Shown here: positions 31,766 through 48,809 of the stretch, in pieces | Layout of the letters: each line of letters begins with the position of its first letter | Numbering within the stretch: position 1 is the first letter of the stretch | DNA from: the human T2T-CHM13v2.0 reference genome, Homo sapiens | Strand: one strand, 5' to 3' | NCBI RefSeq assembly: GCF_009914755.1 | Contig: NC_060927.1 | Length of the DNA stretch: 64,000 nucleotides | The notes under the pieces: model-generated | Seen by the model: the letters and a program-made list of their open reading frames with translations, nothing else | Databases searched by the model: none | Told to the model about the DNA's origin: nothing | Position numbers and translations under genes: made by a program

Positions 31766-33020
31766 CTGAAAGACTCCTTTTAGTATTTCATTGTCATATC
31801 TGGGAATGAACTATCTCAGTTTTTATTCATCATCTGGGAATGTCTTAATTTCTCCTTTATTTTTGAAGGATAGTTTTGCCAGATATAGAATTCTGGACTG
31901 ATAAGGATTTTTTTCTTTTAATACTTTAAATATGTCATCCCACTATCTTCTGGTTGCCATGATTTCTGATAAGAAATTAGCTGTTAATCTTATTGAGCAG
32001 CTGTCCCCAATCTTTTTGGCACCAGGGACCAGTTTCATGGAAGACAATTTTTCCACAGACCAGGGTGGGGGGGATGATCTGGGGATGATTCAAGTGCATT
32101 ACATTTATTGTGCACTTTATTTCTATTATTATTACACTGTAATATATAATGAAATAATTATACAACTCAACATAATGTAAAATCAGTGATAGCCCTGAGC
32201 TTGTTTTCCTGCAACTAGATGGTCCCATCTGGGGGTGATGGGAGACAGTGACAGATCAGCAGCCATTAGATTCTCATAAGGAGTGTGCAACCAAGACCCC
32301 TCATGTAGATTTCCCACTCCTATGAGAATCTAATGCTGCTACTGATCTGACAGGAGGCAGTTGGTAATGCCAGTGATGGGGAGTGGCTGTAAATACAGAT
32401 GAAGCTTCACTCACTTGCCTGCTGCTCACCTCCTGCTATGTGTCCCATTTCGTAACAGGCCACAGACAAATACCAACTCGTGGCCCCAGGGTTAGGGACC
32501 CCTGTTATTGAGGGTCTCCTGTATGACAAGTCACTTCTCTCTGGCTGCTTTCAAGAGTCTCTCTTTAGCTTTGGCTTTACTTAGTTTGATTATAATGTAT
32601 CTCAGTGTGACTGTCATTGAGTGTATTCTACTTGGAGTTCATTGAGTTTTGTGGATTTGTAGATTTATGTTTTCCATCACATTCAGGAAATTTCTGACCA
32701 ATTATTTTTTCAAATACTTTTTCTTCCCTTTTCTCTCTTTCTTTTATTTCTAGGTCTCTCATAGTGTATATGTTTGTATGCTTGATGATATAACAAAGTT
32801 GCTTAGGCTCTGCTCATTTTTCTTAATTTTTTTTTCTTTTTCCTCCTCAAACTGAATAGTTTCATTGTGCCATATTCAAGATCACTGATTCTTCATTCTG
32901 TCTGCTCAAATCTGCTGTTGAAACCCTCCATCAAATTTTTCATTTTAGCTATTGTACTTTTCAGCTCCAGAATTCCTATCTGGTTTCTTTTTCTTATTTC
33001 TATCTTTTTATGTTTTGGGG
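31766..33020 (-). mobile_element. Old L1M fragment (host of MER1A)
   Basis: Antisense L1 ORF1-region motifs (ttttgaaggatagttttgccagatatagaattc, ctgtctgctcaaatctgctgttgaa). Confidence 0.7.
31998..32504 (+). mobile_element. MER1A (hAT-Charlie MITE)
   Basis: TIRs cagctgtccccaa.. / ..ttagggacccctg and a perfect 8-bp TSD ttattgag (31990-31997, 32505-32512). Confidence 0.92.
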
Positions 33021-33069
33021 GGGATTTTTTGAGATGGGGGGTTTCACTATGTTGCCCGGGGGCTAATCT

Positions 33070-33443
33070 TGAGACAGACAGACCAAGCCTGGAGACCCAG
33101 CTGCAAAATTCCAGAGATTACTTCAAGGCAATTAGTTAACAACCCAGCCATAGTTGAGATGGCACCAGCCCACGATCCAAGTAGACTGGGACCTAAATAG
33201 CCACCAGAACAAGACACACAGGCATTCTACTCAGCACAATTCTTGCATGCCTTCCTTATCAATGTTTCCCTTTTTAAACCCTGCCTTCCCCCCAACCCCC
33301 ACCCAAAATCAAAATGGTTGCTTCGGATGGAATCCAGCCACTTCCCCTTTATTAGTTTTGGTTAATAAAATCACTTTCTTTCTACCAGACCTTGTTAATT
33401 GGACTCTGCAAGCAGTGAGCATCTAGACCTGAGTTCGGTTACA
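33070..33443 (+). mobile_element. LTR fragment, ERV1/MER4-group-like
   Basis: AATAAA followed by the typical end ..gcaagcagtgagc..gacctgagttcggttaca. Confidence 0.6.
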
Positions 33444-34273
33444 TGGGTAACATGTATTTAAATGTTTTTGATAGACAGATACCTGCAAAGCCAGACCAAG
33501 GGGATTAAAACAGAGGTTAGCCTCATATCAATCCCTCACAGACTGCCAGGTAAGTCAAAAAGCACAACCAGAATTTTTTAAGAACAAGATCTGTATTGCC
33601 ACCCCTTCCAGCAGCAGGAGGCTGCCCTAGGAATATGGGTCACCTTTCTTGTGGCTGTGGCTGAGCTGGGGATAGTAGACACTTAAGTAAAAATGCCACA
33701 ACACTCTGTTGCAAAAATTTAGCAGCTTCCTTCTTCATTAAGCACTCACCTGGCTGTTCTGTTTTTGATTAGATTCCAGAATTCAGAAAAAAAAGTTGAT
33801 TCTGATAATTTTTGCTACTTGGTAATTGCCTCACTGAAGGGACCAATTCTTGGAGCTCCCTACTCTCCCATTTTCATGTCACTCCCTTAACATATATTCA
33901 CATTCCTAAGTGATCACACCTGCAGAGTATTCCTTTCCACAGGATGTCCTGTCAGGTCACCACCAGGGAAACCTTTAGCAATCGAGCTGTAACATTTTTC
34001 CACGAATTACCTGAGCCTTTCTCACCACAGAGAGTGGCATTCTCCTTGCCTGCCAGAGGGTGAGTGAGCCAGTTCCAAATCCCCAGCTCACTGCCTGCTG
34101 TCTATACATTAATTTGTGTCTGCCAAGAAACAGACATCAAAATGGGATTAGATATAACAGAAATTTTTGGAGGTGAGGGAGCAGAAGAAGGTGGGAGAAA
34201 CTTCAGACCATACATCAGATCTTAAACCTGTGGGACAAAAGAGAGAAGGGAAGATGATTGGATAGGAAGAATC

Positions 34274-34566
34274 TTTTTTTTTTTTTTTTTTTTTTCATTT
34301 TCCTAAAGACAGGGTCTGGCCCAGGTCTGTACATAGGCTGGAGTGCCAGTCCCGATCATAGCTCATTACAGCCTCAAACTCTTGTGTTCAAAGATCTTCC
34401 TACCTCAGTCTCCTAAGTGGCGGTGACTACAGGCATGAACCACTGAATCAGAGACAGAGTTTTGCTGTGTTGCCCAGGCTGGTCTCAAACTAATGGCCTC
34501 AACGCATACTCCCACTTTGGCCTTCCAGAGTGGCGGGATCACAGACACGAGCCACTGTGCCCAGCC
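34274..34566 (-). mobile_element. AluJ-like
   Basis: Diverged antisense Alu with poly-T. Confidence 0.8.
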
Positions 34567-34859
34567 TTTAGGAAAAATCTTATACTGCAGCACTGTTTCA
34601 GAAATATGCACCCAGGGTGATGAGGAGTCTTCAAGCCAAAATCGCCCACTGCATGGGTTCAGCATCTCACCAACACAGGCCTGGCTTAACACTCCTGCCA
34701 CATTCAGTGCTTTGCTGGGAGCAGCCAGCCAAAGCGTGACCTCAGCACAAGTGGAGGGGTTTATCTTACTCAGAGGGGCAGCAGGCGAGACCATCAGTCG
34801 AGCAGGCTGTCCTCAGAGGAGATCACAGCAATGCATTTTCAGGGTCATCATAGACTTAA

Positions 34860-35228
<369 letters not shown>

Positions 35229-35616
35229 TAGAGAACGGCCTTATACCTCTCTCAAAGTAGACCACAGAATTACGCAACTTTCTTGGTCTGGTGGGTATAT
35301 TTTGAAGTACAGATAAGAAGTAAAGTATTGAGCTTCAGGATGAAGACATGGTCCAGTTGAGTTAAGCCTCAGGCATTTCTCAAAAATTGCTTTACTGCGC
35401 TCTCTCAGAAGTCTGATGAAAAATCAGATATGGAAAGGAAAAAAAAGTCTTCTTCCTCCCATTCTTCTTGTTTTAATTTAACATGCCGTATATCCACTGG
35501 GTTCTTCCCCTCTTGGTAATGGAAGTTTGAATGTTTATGATGTAAATTTCACATTGTTCTCCCTTGAATTACTTCTAGTCCACAAAAAAATTGATCATCT
35601 TTCCTCTCACATTCAG

Positions 35617-36425
35617 AATACATGTAGTCCTTTTGATCTTCTCCTGCGTGAAGAAAGCCAGTTTCTATCTGTTTATTAGATGGTCCCCAGGGAGGCCTCT
35701 CAGGCTGTAGGCATGGTGTTGTTACTGCTGCATTTTGGCTGGACCTGGGTGAGTCTGTTGGTCTCAGATGACATGAAAGGTGAGCAGTGCCCCTGGGAGC
35801 TGAGAAAAGAAATGACCTGGAGAGATATCTGCATAGCCTTCATGAAGAAGATGCCTATTAATGAGATATATCAGAGTCCTATGGATATTAAATTTTTCAT
35901 CAGCCTCATAGACCTACTAGCAACTGTAACTACTGTTTATGGTAATACCAACTTACTACAAAGCCTGTTTTACTGGAAATGTAGTTTCAACCACGAGGAA
36001 GGTGTGCAGCATAACCTCACATTGGGATTTCACCATCAATGAGAAACCAAACTTGCTTAATATTTTCCAGGGAAGTTTTGCTTTTTCACACACACAAAAA
36101 CCATGAAATTCCAGGTTTCAAACAATTTCTACAAACAGTTAACTCCTTAAAATACCCAGATGATATTTTCCTTAGTCAACAATGGAGCTTTCTTTTTAGT
36201 TGCACATGTTCTGAATTTGACTGTGAAGTTTTGGGGGGGATGTTCACTAAATACTTCCTTGGAGGCCATGCTCCTGAACCTTCTTGTCATGACCGTGTCT
36301 GGCTCCAGACACCCTGTATACAATGCTGTGTGTGCTTTCACCCATGGCTTCCTACAGACCCTGTTCATAGTGAGAGAAATGGAATCTATGGCTACGGCAG
36401 AAAGTTTAGTGTTTCCCTCTGGCAA
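35617..36425 (+). pseudogene. V2R pseudogene, large extracellular-domain exon (exon-3 equivalent)
   Basis: An 809-nt block lies between acceptor ctctcacattcag and donor gtaaag. It reads SPFDLLLREESQFLSVY*MVP..MVLLLLHFGWTWVSLLVSDDMKGEQ..EM..ICIAF, KVCSITSHWDFT, EIPGFKQFLQTVNSLKYPDDIFL, VYNAVCAFTHG and ..WQ. There is a TAG at 35677 and several frameshifts. Confidence 0.9.
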
Positions 36426-36429
36426 GTAA

Positions 36430-36797
<368 letters not shown>

Positions 36798-36863
36798 AAG
36801 AGCTTATAGTTTTTCAACAAAATAATCATTTGTAGGACTTTCTCAGAGCTCAAAAGATCAGAC

Positions 36864-37358
36864 TGATGCAGGGCAAGTGAGCCCCAAAACTGGGGCTTAG
36901 CCTGGATGGGTTATTGGCTTTGCCTGGGAAAGGATTCAAGGGTGAGCCAGTGGTGATAGACAGCAACTTTTATTGAAGCGGCTGTGTATAGAAGCAGCAG
37001 AGGTATAACTCCTTGTGGAGCAGGGCTACCCCATAGGCAGTGTGCCCAGAGTGGCAGCTCAGAGACAGGTCTGTAGTCATATTTAGACCTATTTTTAATT
37101 ATATATAAATTAAGGGGCGTGTTATGCAGAAATTTCTAGAAAAGGGGTGGTAACTTCTGGGTCATCAGGTCATTGCCATGGAAAGGGGTGGTAACTTCCA
37201 GGTGTTGCCACAACAATGGTAAATTGACATGGCACACTGGTGGGCATGTCTTATGGAAAGGTGTCTCCACCCCATTCCTAGTTCCTATTTTAACTAGTCC
37301 TCAATTTGGTCCAATGTCTGAGCCCTGCTTCCAGAATTGAGTCCCACCTCCTACCTCA
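36864..37358 (-). mobile_element. Solo LTR, ERV1 MER4-group (MER66/MER83-like, tentative)
   Basis: TG..CA termini (minus strand starts TGAGGTAGGAG), tttatt poly(A) signal, near-TSD agac/agat. Confidence 0.75.
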
Positions 37359-37433
37359 AGATGAAAGGGTAAGTTTTCTTTTTTCTTAGTTATAGGAGGA
37401 TCCACACTTGTTTCACTTTTTAGATGAGCTCTA

Positions 37434-37638
37434 GGTCTATGCCAACGTGGTAGCTATGAGCCACATGTGGTTCCCTAAATTTAAACTTAAATTTAAATTA
37501 AATAAAAAAATTCAGCTCCTCAGTTGCAGTCGCCACATTTCAAGTGCTCAGTAGGTAAAGGTGGGAGTGGATGCCATCCTGGACAGCAGAGGCACAGGAC
37601 CTTCCCATCACTGAAGAAAGTTTCGCTGGACAATGCTG
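37434..37638 (-). mobile_element. MER3 (hAT-Charlie)
   Basis: Matches MER3 motifs (gccacatgtgg, ccacatttcaagtgctca, ggacaatgctg). Confidence 0.75.
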
Positions 37639-38558
37639 CTCTAGAACATCAGTCACCTTGATATGAACATTTTCAGGTGGGAATCTTCATCAGAAAGAAC
37701 ACGGTTCTTCTAAATGATTTAGAAGACCAGGGTCAGGGTCGTCTCTGCCACACACAGCATTCCCACACTTGCCTGCACTACTCTCTTCAGGGTGAGGATG
37801 TCTCTGACTTTACCCATGAGATCTTCAGGTGACTGAGTTAGAGGGATGAGCTCCTTAAGCTTCTCCTTTGTGTAAGACATCCTTTGGAGTCCTTTACAAA
37901 ATGTATCTCAATTAATCCTGTACCATATTAGGAAGTAGTTATTATTATTCTCATTTTACTGATGAACTATCATCTGACTCTGAAAGAGTGCGTCAACTAC
38001 GTCAATTGCAGGCTGAGGTCAATGGTTAGCCTTAATTTCAATCTCGATGTTGATAAATACAGACTGTTCACCCAGGGCTACTTATCCGCAATAATGAAGG
38101 TGCCACTGACATTTAAATAAACATTTACATATCTATAAATATGAATATTTATGTATGTAGTAACATATAAGGTTTTCATTTGAGTGTTTCAGATATGACA
38201 TTTTTCTCCCTCCCTCCCTCCCCCCAGATTGTGGCACAATATAAACACAAATTTTCTTTTCCACATTTAGGACTAAAGGAAGCAGTGATTTTCCACAGGT
38301 CTAGAGAGTAAAATACTCAAAACTGTGGATTATTCCACATCTATGTAAATTATAGATGACCACATGCTAGTAAGTGATAGAAGGGGGATCTGAAGTCAGG
38401 TCTGTGAATCTCAGCCCTGCTCTTTCTGCTGCGAAACAGAGTACCTGGAAGAAACGCTGTACAGCATGAACAAAATGTCTGCAAGTCTAAATGATTCCAA
38501 TGGGCCAGTCTGTCCTGTTGAGTTGAAGGTGTTTCAACGGGTTTTATTATTCTTTAGG

Positions 38559-39075
38559 TGTGATGAGGCCGAGATGAGGAGATGACTGCTATTGGAAACA
38601 TAGCTTATCATGCCAACAGGTCCCAAGAGAGGGAGCCCCCATGATGCCATGGTGGGGTCACATGGGGAGGCACCAGGGTCAGTCACAAGAGGGGCTGGGG
38701 AACTGTGGGCAAGAGTCTGAGTTGTGTTTTCTGCAGGAAGGAATGGGCGAGGCAGGGTGAGTAGGTAATCTCCGCAGGCTCTGGGGCACAGGTGCTGTCC
38801 TTGGTTGTCTGGTACCTGGCCCTGAGGTGATTAGGGCAGGAGGACAGTGGCCTGGATCATGAGAGCCCAGTTAGTACGGTGTGTGGACTCTGGATTGGTT
38901 GGTTTGTATTTGAAAAGCACATTCCTGGGAGGATGACTTCTCTCTAAGGAGGGAGAGGAGGCAGTGAGCAGGGAAGGGCCAAGGCTGGGTGACTCAGGCA
39001 TGTCACAGGGTTGTCCAGAACAAGGTGGATCTGGCATACACATGCAGAGCAGATGTTAAGCTTCCATTTATAGAA
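38559..39075 (-). mobile_element. ERVL-class LTR (MER76-like, tentative)
   Basis: Motif string ggagatgactgctattgg..gggaggcaccagggtcagtc..ggaaggaatgggcgaggcaggg..gttgtctggtacctggccctg. Confidence 0.5.
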
Positions 39076-39864
39076 ACTAGAGATGTGATTGATCCAGAAG
39101 TGCTATTTCTGAGGCTCTATCCTTCGCTATACTGCACAGGCATCCCCTTAAATGCCAGTTCTGCGGGTATCAGAAAAGAGGACATCCTCGCTCCAGGAGA
39201 TTCCTGTGTACAAGTAGGCCTGGGATTTCCATTTCCAGCCTCTGAAGCTGACAGGCTCTGTGAGTGACGGGCACCCGTTCCAGGGTCCTAGTGGTCTCAG
39301 CACACACAGGGCTCCACTTCAAAGGTGATTTGGTAAGTGCTCAAGTCCTGAATGTCCTCCATGACCTCGGAGAGAAAGAAATAGGTTTGGATAATTGTGC
39401 CTTATTCCCGGAGTTAGCATTTCACCTGCACACTTCCTTACACTTTAGCAGGCCCTTTTACACTCCTATTTTCACAATAATTATCATAATAAATATGTAA
39501 TACAAACGTTCAAATAATGCAGAAAAACATAAGACAGAAAGTAAAAGTTTCTTTTATTGCTTTAAAATTACTATTTATTGTGTACTTATCATGTTCAGTC
39601 TACTTTTTATATATCATCCCATTTATTACTTGCAACAATTCTACATAAATGGGCATTATTATTCCTATTTTGGAGATAACAACAATGAAGCACACGGGGT
39701 TTATATAATCTATCCAGAATGTCTGCCAGACACCAAAATCCATTCTCTTAACCATTTTACTGTCCTGCGTTTCATTCTGACTGAACTGACTCTTATGCTT
39801 TCTCGCTTTGGCTCTGTCCCATATGGTCTTTTCTCTCCATCATTTGTTTTGGTACTCCCCATAC

Positions 39865-40350
39865 TATTGTTTTATAGTGGCAATATCATTCACATACCAT
39901 CAAATTTAACCTTTTAAAGTATAAGATTTAGTAGCATTTGGTATATTCACAACATTGTGCAATTATCCCCACTAATTCCAGAATAGTTTTAGCACCCCCC
40001 AAAGACCCATTAGCAATCACTCCCCATTCCCCCCATCCCCAACCCCTGTCAGTCACCAATCTACTTTCTTTCCCTGTGGGTTTGCTTATTCTGAGCATTT
40101 TGTTAAAATGGAATCATACAATATGTGGCCTTTTGTATCTGGCTTCTTTCACACCATAATATTTTCAAACTTTACCCATGTTCTAGCATGAATCAGTACT
40201 TATTTTTTTATGGCTGAATAATAATTTATTGTATGAATATACCACATTTTGTTTTATCCATTCACCAACTCACACAACATATGACATTTGCGTTGTTTTC
40301 ACTTTTGGGTTGTGATGAATATGCTTCTATGAACATTCAGGTACAATTTT
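39865..40350 (-). mobile_element. L1MB-type 3' end
   Basis: Antisense L1 3' UTR (aatggaatcatacaatatgtggcc, tttatggctgaataata). Confidence 0.7.
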
Positions 40351-40924
40351 AATGACAGACACCAAACCACAGATCCTGGAAGCTCAAAGAACACCAAACA
40401 GGATAAATACCCAAAAAACCTATACCTATACATATCATATTCATTTGATATAAATATGATTCATGAAATCAAAGATATAGAAAAAAATAGAGAAAGAGGC
40501 CAAAGGGAAAAAAATACCTTAACTGTAAAGGAAAAAAGATAAGAAAGAATTACATCAACCACTCAGAAACCTTGCAAGCAAAAGAGAGTGGAGTAAAATA
40601 TTTAAAGTGTTGAGAGAGAGAAAAATCCACTAATCTAAAGTTCTATACCTTACAAAACTATCATTCAAAAGGAAAGGAGAAATAAAGACTTTCTCAGACA
40701 AACAAAAATAAGGGGAATTTGTTGCCAACAGAATTTCCTAACCTTGTAAGAAATATTAAAAGAAGTTATTGCACATCAGAGAAAACTGAGTAAAATTTTA
40801 AAAATTTAATGTAAAAAATAGAAGTTATTCAGAGGAAAGGAAAATGAGATAGGTCAGAAACTTAGATCTCCATAATGGAAGAGCATTGAGAAAGAAATAA
40901 GTGGAGATAAGATAAAAACTTTCA

Positions 40925-41237
<313 letters not shown>

Positions 41238-41641
41238 ATTGTCCTTATTCTTAATTGATATAAAAGGTAACCATTTGTCCAAAATAATAATAGCAATGCT
41301 GTGTTTGATTATGTATGTGAAATGAATGACAGCGCTGACACAAGGGACAAGAGGGAGGAATTAGGATTATTTTGTTATTATAAGGTACTCACGCTACCTT
41401 GAAGCAGTATAGAATTATTTCAAAGTGGACTTGGATTAGTTGTAAATGCATACTGCAAACTCCAGGGCAACCTTTTAAAAAGTAAAAAAATAAGTATAAA
41501 TGATATGTTAAAAAAGGAAAGAAACTGGGCTCATATAAACTCCTCAATTAAAACCACAAAAGGCAGAAAAAGAGTGAAAGACAAAACAGAAATAAAAAAA
41601 TAGAAACCAGTAACAAACATGGTATATATTCTTATTAATAA

Positions 41642-41941
<300 letters not shown>

Positions 41942-42271
41942 ATAAATAATCACTTTAAATGTCAATGATCTAAATACACCAGTTAAAAGACAGAGATTGC
42001 CACAGTGGATAAAAAAATAATGCCCAACTATATGTTGTCTCTAAGAAATCCACTTTAAATACAAAGACATGTATAGATTAAAAATAAAAGAATGGAGAAA
42101 GATGTTCTATGCTAACACTACTCAAGAGAACTTGAGTAAGTACTGCCTTTGCTCCTCTGTAAAAATTCAGTTAGCTATATCTATGTGGGTCTATTTCTAA
42201 GCTCCCGATTCTGTCCCATTTATCTATTTTTCTCTCCTCTCACCAATACCACACTGCCTTAATTACTGTAG

Positions 42272-42397
<126 letters not shown>

Positions 42398-44375
42398 TGA
42401 TTCTAAAGTTTACATACCAGACAGAGCAGACTTCAAAGCAAGAAAAATTATCAGAGATAAAGAGGGCACGACATACTAATAAAGGGGTCAATTGTCCAAG
42501 AAGACATAACTATCCTTAATGTGTACGCACGTAATAATAGAGTGGCAAAATACTTGAAGCAAAAACTGACAGAACTGCAAGAGAAATAGATGAATTCCGT
42601 TAATATAGTTGGACTCAACACCTCTCTATCAGAAATGGACAGATCCAGATCATGAAGAGATTTATCATTTGTCTGATGTATCTGGGGTGGGGAAAAGAAA
42701 GAAAGAAATGGACAAATCCAGCAGGTAGAAAATCTGTAAGGACATAGTTGAATTAAACAGCACCATCAATCAACAGGATATAATTGACATCTATCAACTA
42801 CTTTATCCAACAACAGTAAATACACACAAGATCACATGGAATATTCACCAAGATAGACTACATTCTAGCCCATAAAAAAAGTTAGCAAATTTAAAATAAT
42901 AGAAATAGCAATCAATAACAGAAAGATAGCTGGAAAATACCAAAGCACTTGGAGATTAAACAATACACTTCTAAATGACACGTGGGTCAAAGAAGAACTA
43001 TCAGGAGAAATTTTAAAATCTTCTGAACTAAATTAAAATGAAAATACAACTTACCAAAATGTGTGGTATGCACCAAAAGCTGTGCCTACAGGGAAATTTC
43101 TAGTATTAAATGCATGTATTAGGAAATAAGAAGGATCTAAAATTATCTAAGCTTCCACCTTAGAAAACTATAAAAAAGAGCAAATTAAATCCAAAGCAGA
43201 AGAAAATAAATAATAAAAATTTTAACAGAAATCAAAGAAATTGAAAACAATTCAAATTGAAATACATGAACTGAAAACAAGGAAATTGACAGAGAAAATC
43301 AACAAAATCAAAAGCTGGTTCTTTGAAAAGATCAATAAAATCAATAGGCATCTGGCCAGCTAACTGAGAAAAAAAGAGAGAAGACACAAATCAGAAATAA
43401 AAGAGATGACATCACCACAGATCTTAGGGACATTAGAAGAATGAGAAACAAATACTATGCCCACAAATTTGATAACCTAGATGAAATGGACCAATTTCTT
43501 AAAAGACACAACTACTGAAACTACATATGTAAAAATAGACAATCAAAATAGGCCTATATCTATTAAAGAATTCGAATAAAAAATTAATAACCTTCAAAAA
43601 CAGAAAGCAGTAGGCCCAAATGGGTTTATTGTTTAACTGTACATCCAACATTTAAGGAAAAAATAATACTAATTCTCTACAATCTCTTCCAGAAGATATA
43701 AGCAGAGGAAATCATTTCTAACTCATTCTATGAAGCCAGCATTTATCCTAATACCAAAACCAGACAAATAAATTACAAGAAAACTACAGACCAATGTCTT
43801 TTGTGAACATAGGTGCAAAAATCTTCAACAAAATATCAGCAAATAAAATCCAACAATGTATGAAATGAATCATATACTACCACAAAGTGGGCTTTATCGC
43901 AGGTATGCAAGACTGGCTCAACATACAAAAATCAATTAATGTAATCCATCACATCCACAGACTAATGAAGAAAAATCACGATTATATCCATAGATGCAGG
44001 AAAAACACTTCACAAAACCCAATACTCATTCACGATAAAAACTCTCAGCCAACTAGGAGTAGAAGAGAGTTTCCTTAACTTGATAGAGAACAAGATTTCA
44101 ACTTGATAAAGATCTACAAGAAAACCTACAGCTAACATCATACTTAATGGTGAGAAACTAGAAGCTTTCCTGCTAAGATCAGGAACAAGGCAAGGATATC
44201 CCTGATATCCCCTTTCACCACTCCTTTTCAACATCATACTGGCAGTCCTAGCTAATGCAATAAGACAAGAAAAGGAAATAAAAGGTATAGAGATTGGGAA
44301 GGAAGAAATAGAACCATCTTTGTTTGCGGAGGGCATGATTGTCTGTCTTTGTAGAAAGTCTGAAGGATTTGACAA

Positions 44376-44417
44376 GTCTATGGCCTTACCACCCTGAATG
44401 CACCCAGTCTTTTCTGA
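44376..44417 (+). pseudogene. 5S rRNA 5' fragment (tailless retrocopy) inserted in L1
   Basis: gtctatggccttaccaccctgaatgcacccagtcttttctga aligns to the 5' ~42 nt of 5S rRNA (GTCTACGGCCATACCACCCTGAACGCGCCCGATCTCGTCTGA). Confidence 0.85.
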
Positions 44418-44941
44418 AAGAGTTCACACACACACAAACACACATACACACACACACACGATCCTCCTGGAACTACTAAGCAATTATAGCAAGGTTGCAA
44501 GATAAAAGATTAATATACATAAGCCAATCTCTTTCCTGTATACCAGCAATGAACAGTGGAATTTGAAATTAAAAACACATTACTATTTACATCAGCAATA
44601 AAAAAAGAAATACTTTGGTATAAATCTAACAAAATATGCACAAGATCCAGGAAAACTACAAAAGCCTAATGAAAGAAATCAAAGAAGTAAATAAATGGAG
44701 AGATAACTTAGTCTATGTTCATGGATAGGAAGACTCAATATTATCAAGATGTCAGTTCATCCCAGTTTGAACTATAGAGTCAGCATAATCCCAATCAAAA
44801 TCCTAACAAGTTATTTTGTGGATATTGACAAACCAATTCTAAAGTTTACATATCTAAAGGCATAAGATCCAGAACGGCCAACACAATATTGAAGGAGAAC
44901 AAAGTCAGAGCACTGTTACTACCCAACTTTAAGACTTACTA

Positions 44942-45262
<321 letters not shown>

Positions 45263-45656
45263 CTACAGTAATTAAGGCAGTGTGGTATTGGTAAGAGGAG
45301 AAACAAATAGATAAATGGGACAGAATTGAGAGCTTAGAAATAGGCCCACATAGATATAGCCAACTGATTTTTTACAGAGGAGCAAAGGCAATACAATGGA
45401 AAAAAGATAGTCTCTTCAACAAATGGTGCTGAAACACCTGGACATTTACATGCCAAAACATGAATCTAGACACACGCCTTACACTTTTTGCAAAAATTAA
45501 AACAAAGTGGATCATAGACCTGAATGTAAAACTGTGAAACTCCTAGAAGACAACATAAGAGAAAATCTAGATGACCTTGGGTATGGCAATGACCTTTTAG
45601 ATACAATCCATGAAATAAATAATTGATAAGCTGGACTTCATTAAAATTAAAAACTT

Positions 45657-45942
45657 CAGCCTGGTGCAGTGGTTCATGCTTATAATCCCAACAGTTTGGG
45701 AGACTGAGGTGGGAGGATCACTTGAGCCCAGGAGTCTGAGACCAGCCTGGGCAACATGGCAAAACCCCGTCTCTACAAAAAATACAAAAATTAGCCGGGT
45801 GTGGTGGTATGCACTTGTAGTCCCAGCTACTCAGGAGGCTGGGATGGGAGTATCACCTGAAGTCATGGCTGCAGTGAGCTGTGATTGTGCCACTGCACTC
45901 CAGTCTGGATGAAATCCTGTATCAAAAAAAAAAAAAAAAAAA
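45657..45942 (+). mobile_element. AluJ-like
   Basis: Sense dimer with poly-A. Confidence 0.88.
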
Positions 45943-45957
45943 GATTTAAAAACTTCT

Positions 45958-46402
<445 letters not shown>

Positions 46403-46843
46403 TTAAAAAACAATAAGTAAAAGAACAGTTTGATTTAAACATGGGCAAAAGACCTGAAGACACCTCACCAAAGGAGAATACAGATGGCAAGGGGTTTATT
46501 TCTGGGCTTTTCAGTGTGTTTCATTGGTCTATATCTCTGTCTCCATGCCAGTACCACACAGAGGATTTTTAGGGCAGTGAAACTATTCTGTATGATTCTA
46601 TTAATGACGGATCTATGTCATTATACATTTGTCAAAACCCATAGAATGAACAATACTAATGTAAATTTTGGACTTTGGGCAATAATGACATGTTAATGAA
46701 GGTTCATTGGTTTTAACAAGCACCATTCTGGTGCAGATTGTTAATAGATGGGGAGGCTATGCATGGATAGGGGCTAAAGGTGTGTGGGAACTCTGCACTT
46801 TCTGTATACTTTTGCTGTGAACCTAAAACTACTCTAAAAACTA

Positions 46844-47154
46844 TGTGTGTGTGTGTGTGTGTGTATTTTGAGACAGAGTCTTGCTTGGTCTGTTGCCCAG
46901 GCTGGAGTGCAGTGGGGCATCTCGGCTTGCTGCAACCTCCGCTTCCCGGGTTCAAGCAATTCTCCTGCCTCAGCCTCCCGAGTAGCTGTGATTACAGGCA
47001 CCTGCCACCGCGCCCAGCTAATTTTTGTATTTTTAGCAGAGACGGGATTTCATCACAGTGGCCAGGCTGGTCTTGAACTCCTGACCTCAGGTGATCTGCC
47101 CACCTCAGCCTCCCAAAATGCTGGGATTACAGGTGTGAGCCACCACACCTGACC
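46844..47154 (-). mobile_element. AluS with a (TG)n-derived tail
   Basis: Antisense dimer; (TG)n at 46844-46864. Confidence 0.9.
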
Positions 47155-47599
47155 AAAAAAAGAAATCTATCTTTTAAAAGTCTAATGAAAAGCTGATATG
47201 CAGCCAAGAATATGAAAGATGCCAGTGAGTTGCCTTTTAATCCATAAAAATTAATTAGGTATTATCATCATCAACATTTTTCTAAACAGAAGTTAAATGT
47301 TGCATCTGATGTTAAATGTTGTTGAAGTAGCAGAGTGAGGCTTTAACTCTTAGACTATGTGATTCCAAATTCTCTGCTAGCTCAATAGCATTGGAATAGC
47401 AATGAGATTTCATGAAAAATGATGAAGGCAAGTAAAGGTATCCTTTTGCTATGGAGTAGAAAGTTCTACCACAGGGATATCCAGGAAGTGAGAAAAGCCA
47501 GAAGAGATAAATGTGGCAGCCTCGGCTGGTCAGAGAATAATTCCCAAAGGAGATGATGCATGTGCTAAGAGTTTCTCAGCAAGTAGAAATGAACCTGTG

Positions 47600-48790
<1,191 letters not shown>

Positions 48791-48809
48791 CAAATCCATT
48801 GAAGAGGCA

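Noticed and set aside
33925-34030. Possible V2R exon 2 remnant (acceptor-like ttccacag, then ..AIE..)
   Set aside because: Only a three-residue resemblance to FAIEEIN; not supportable without an alignment.
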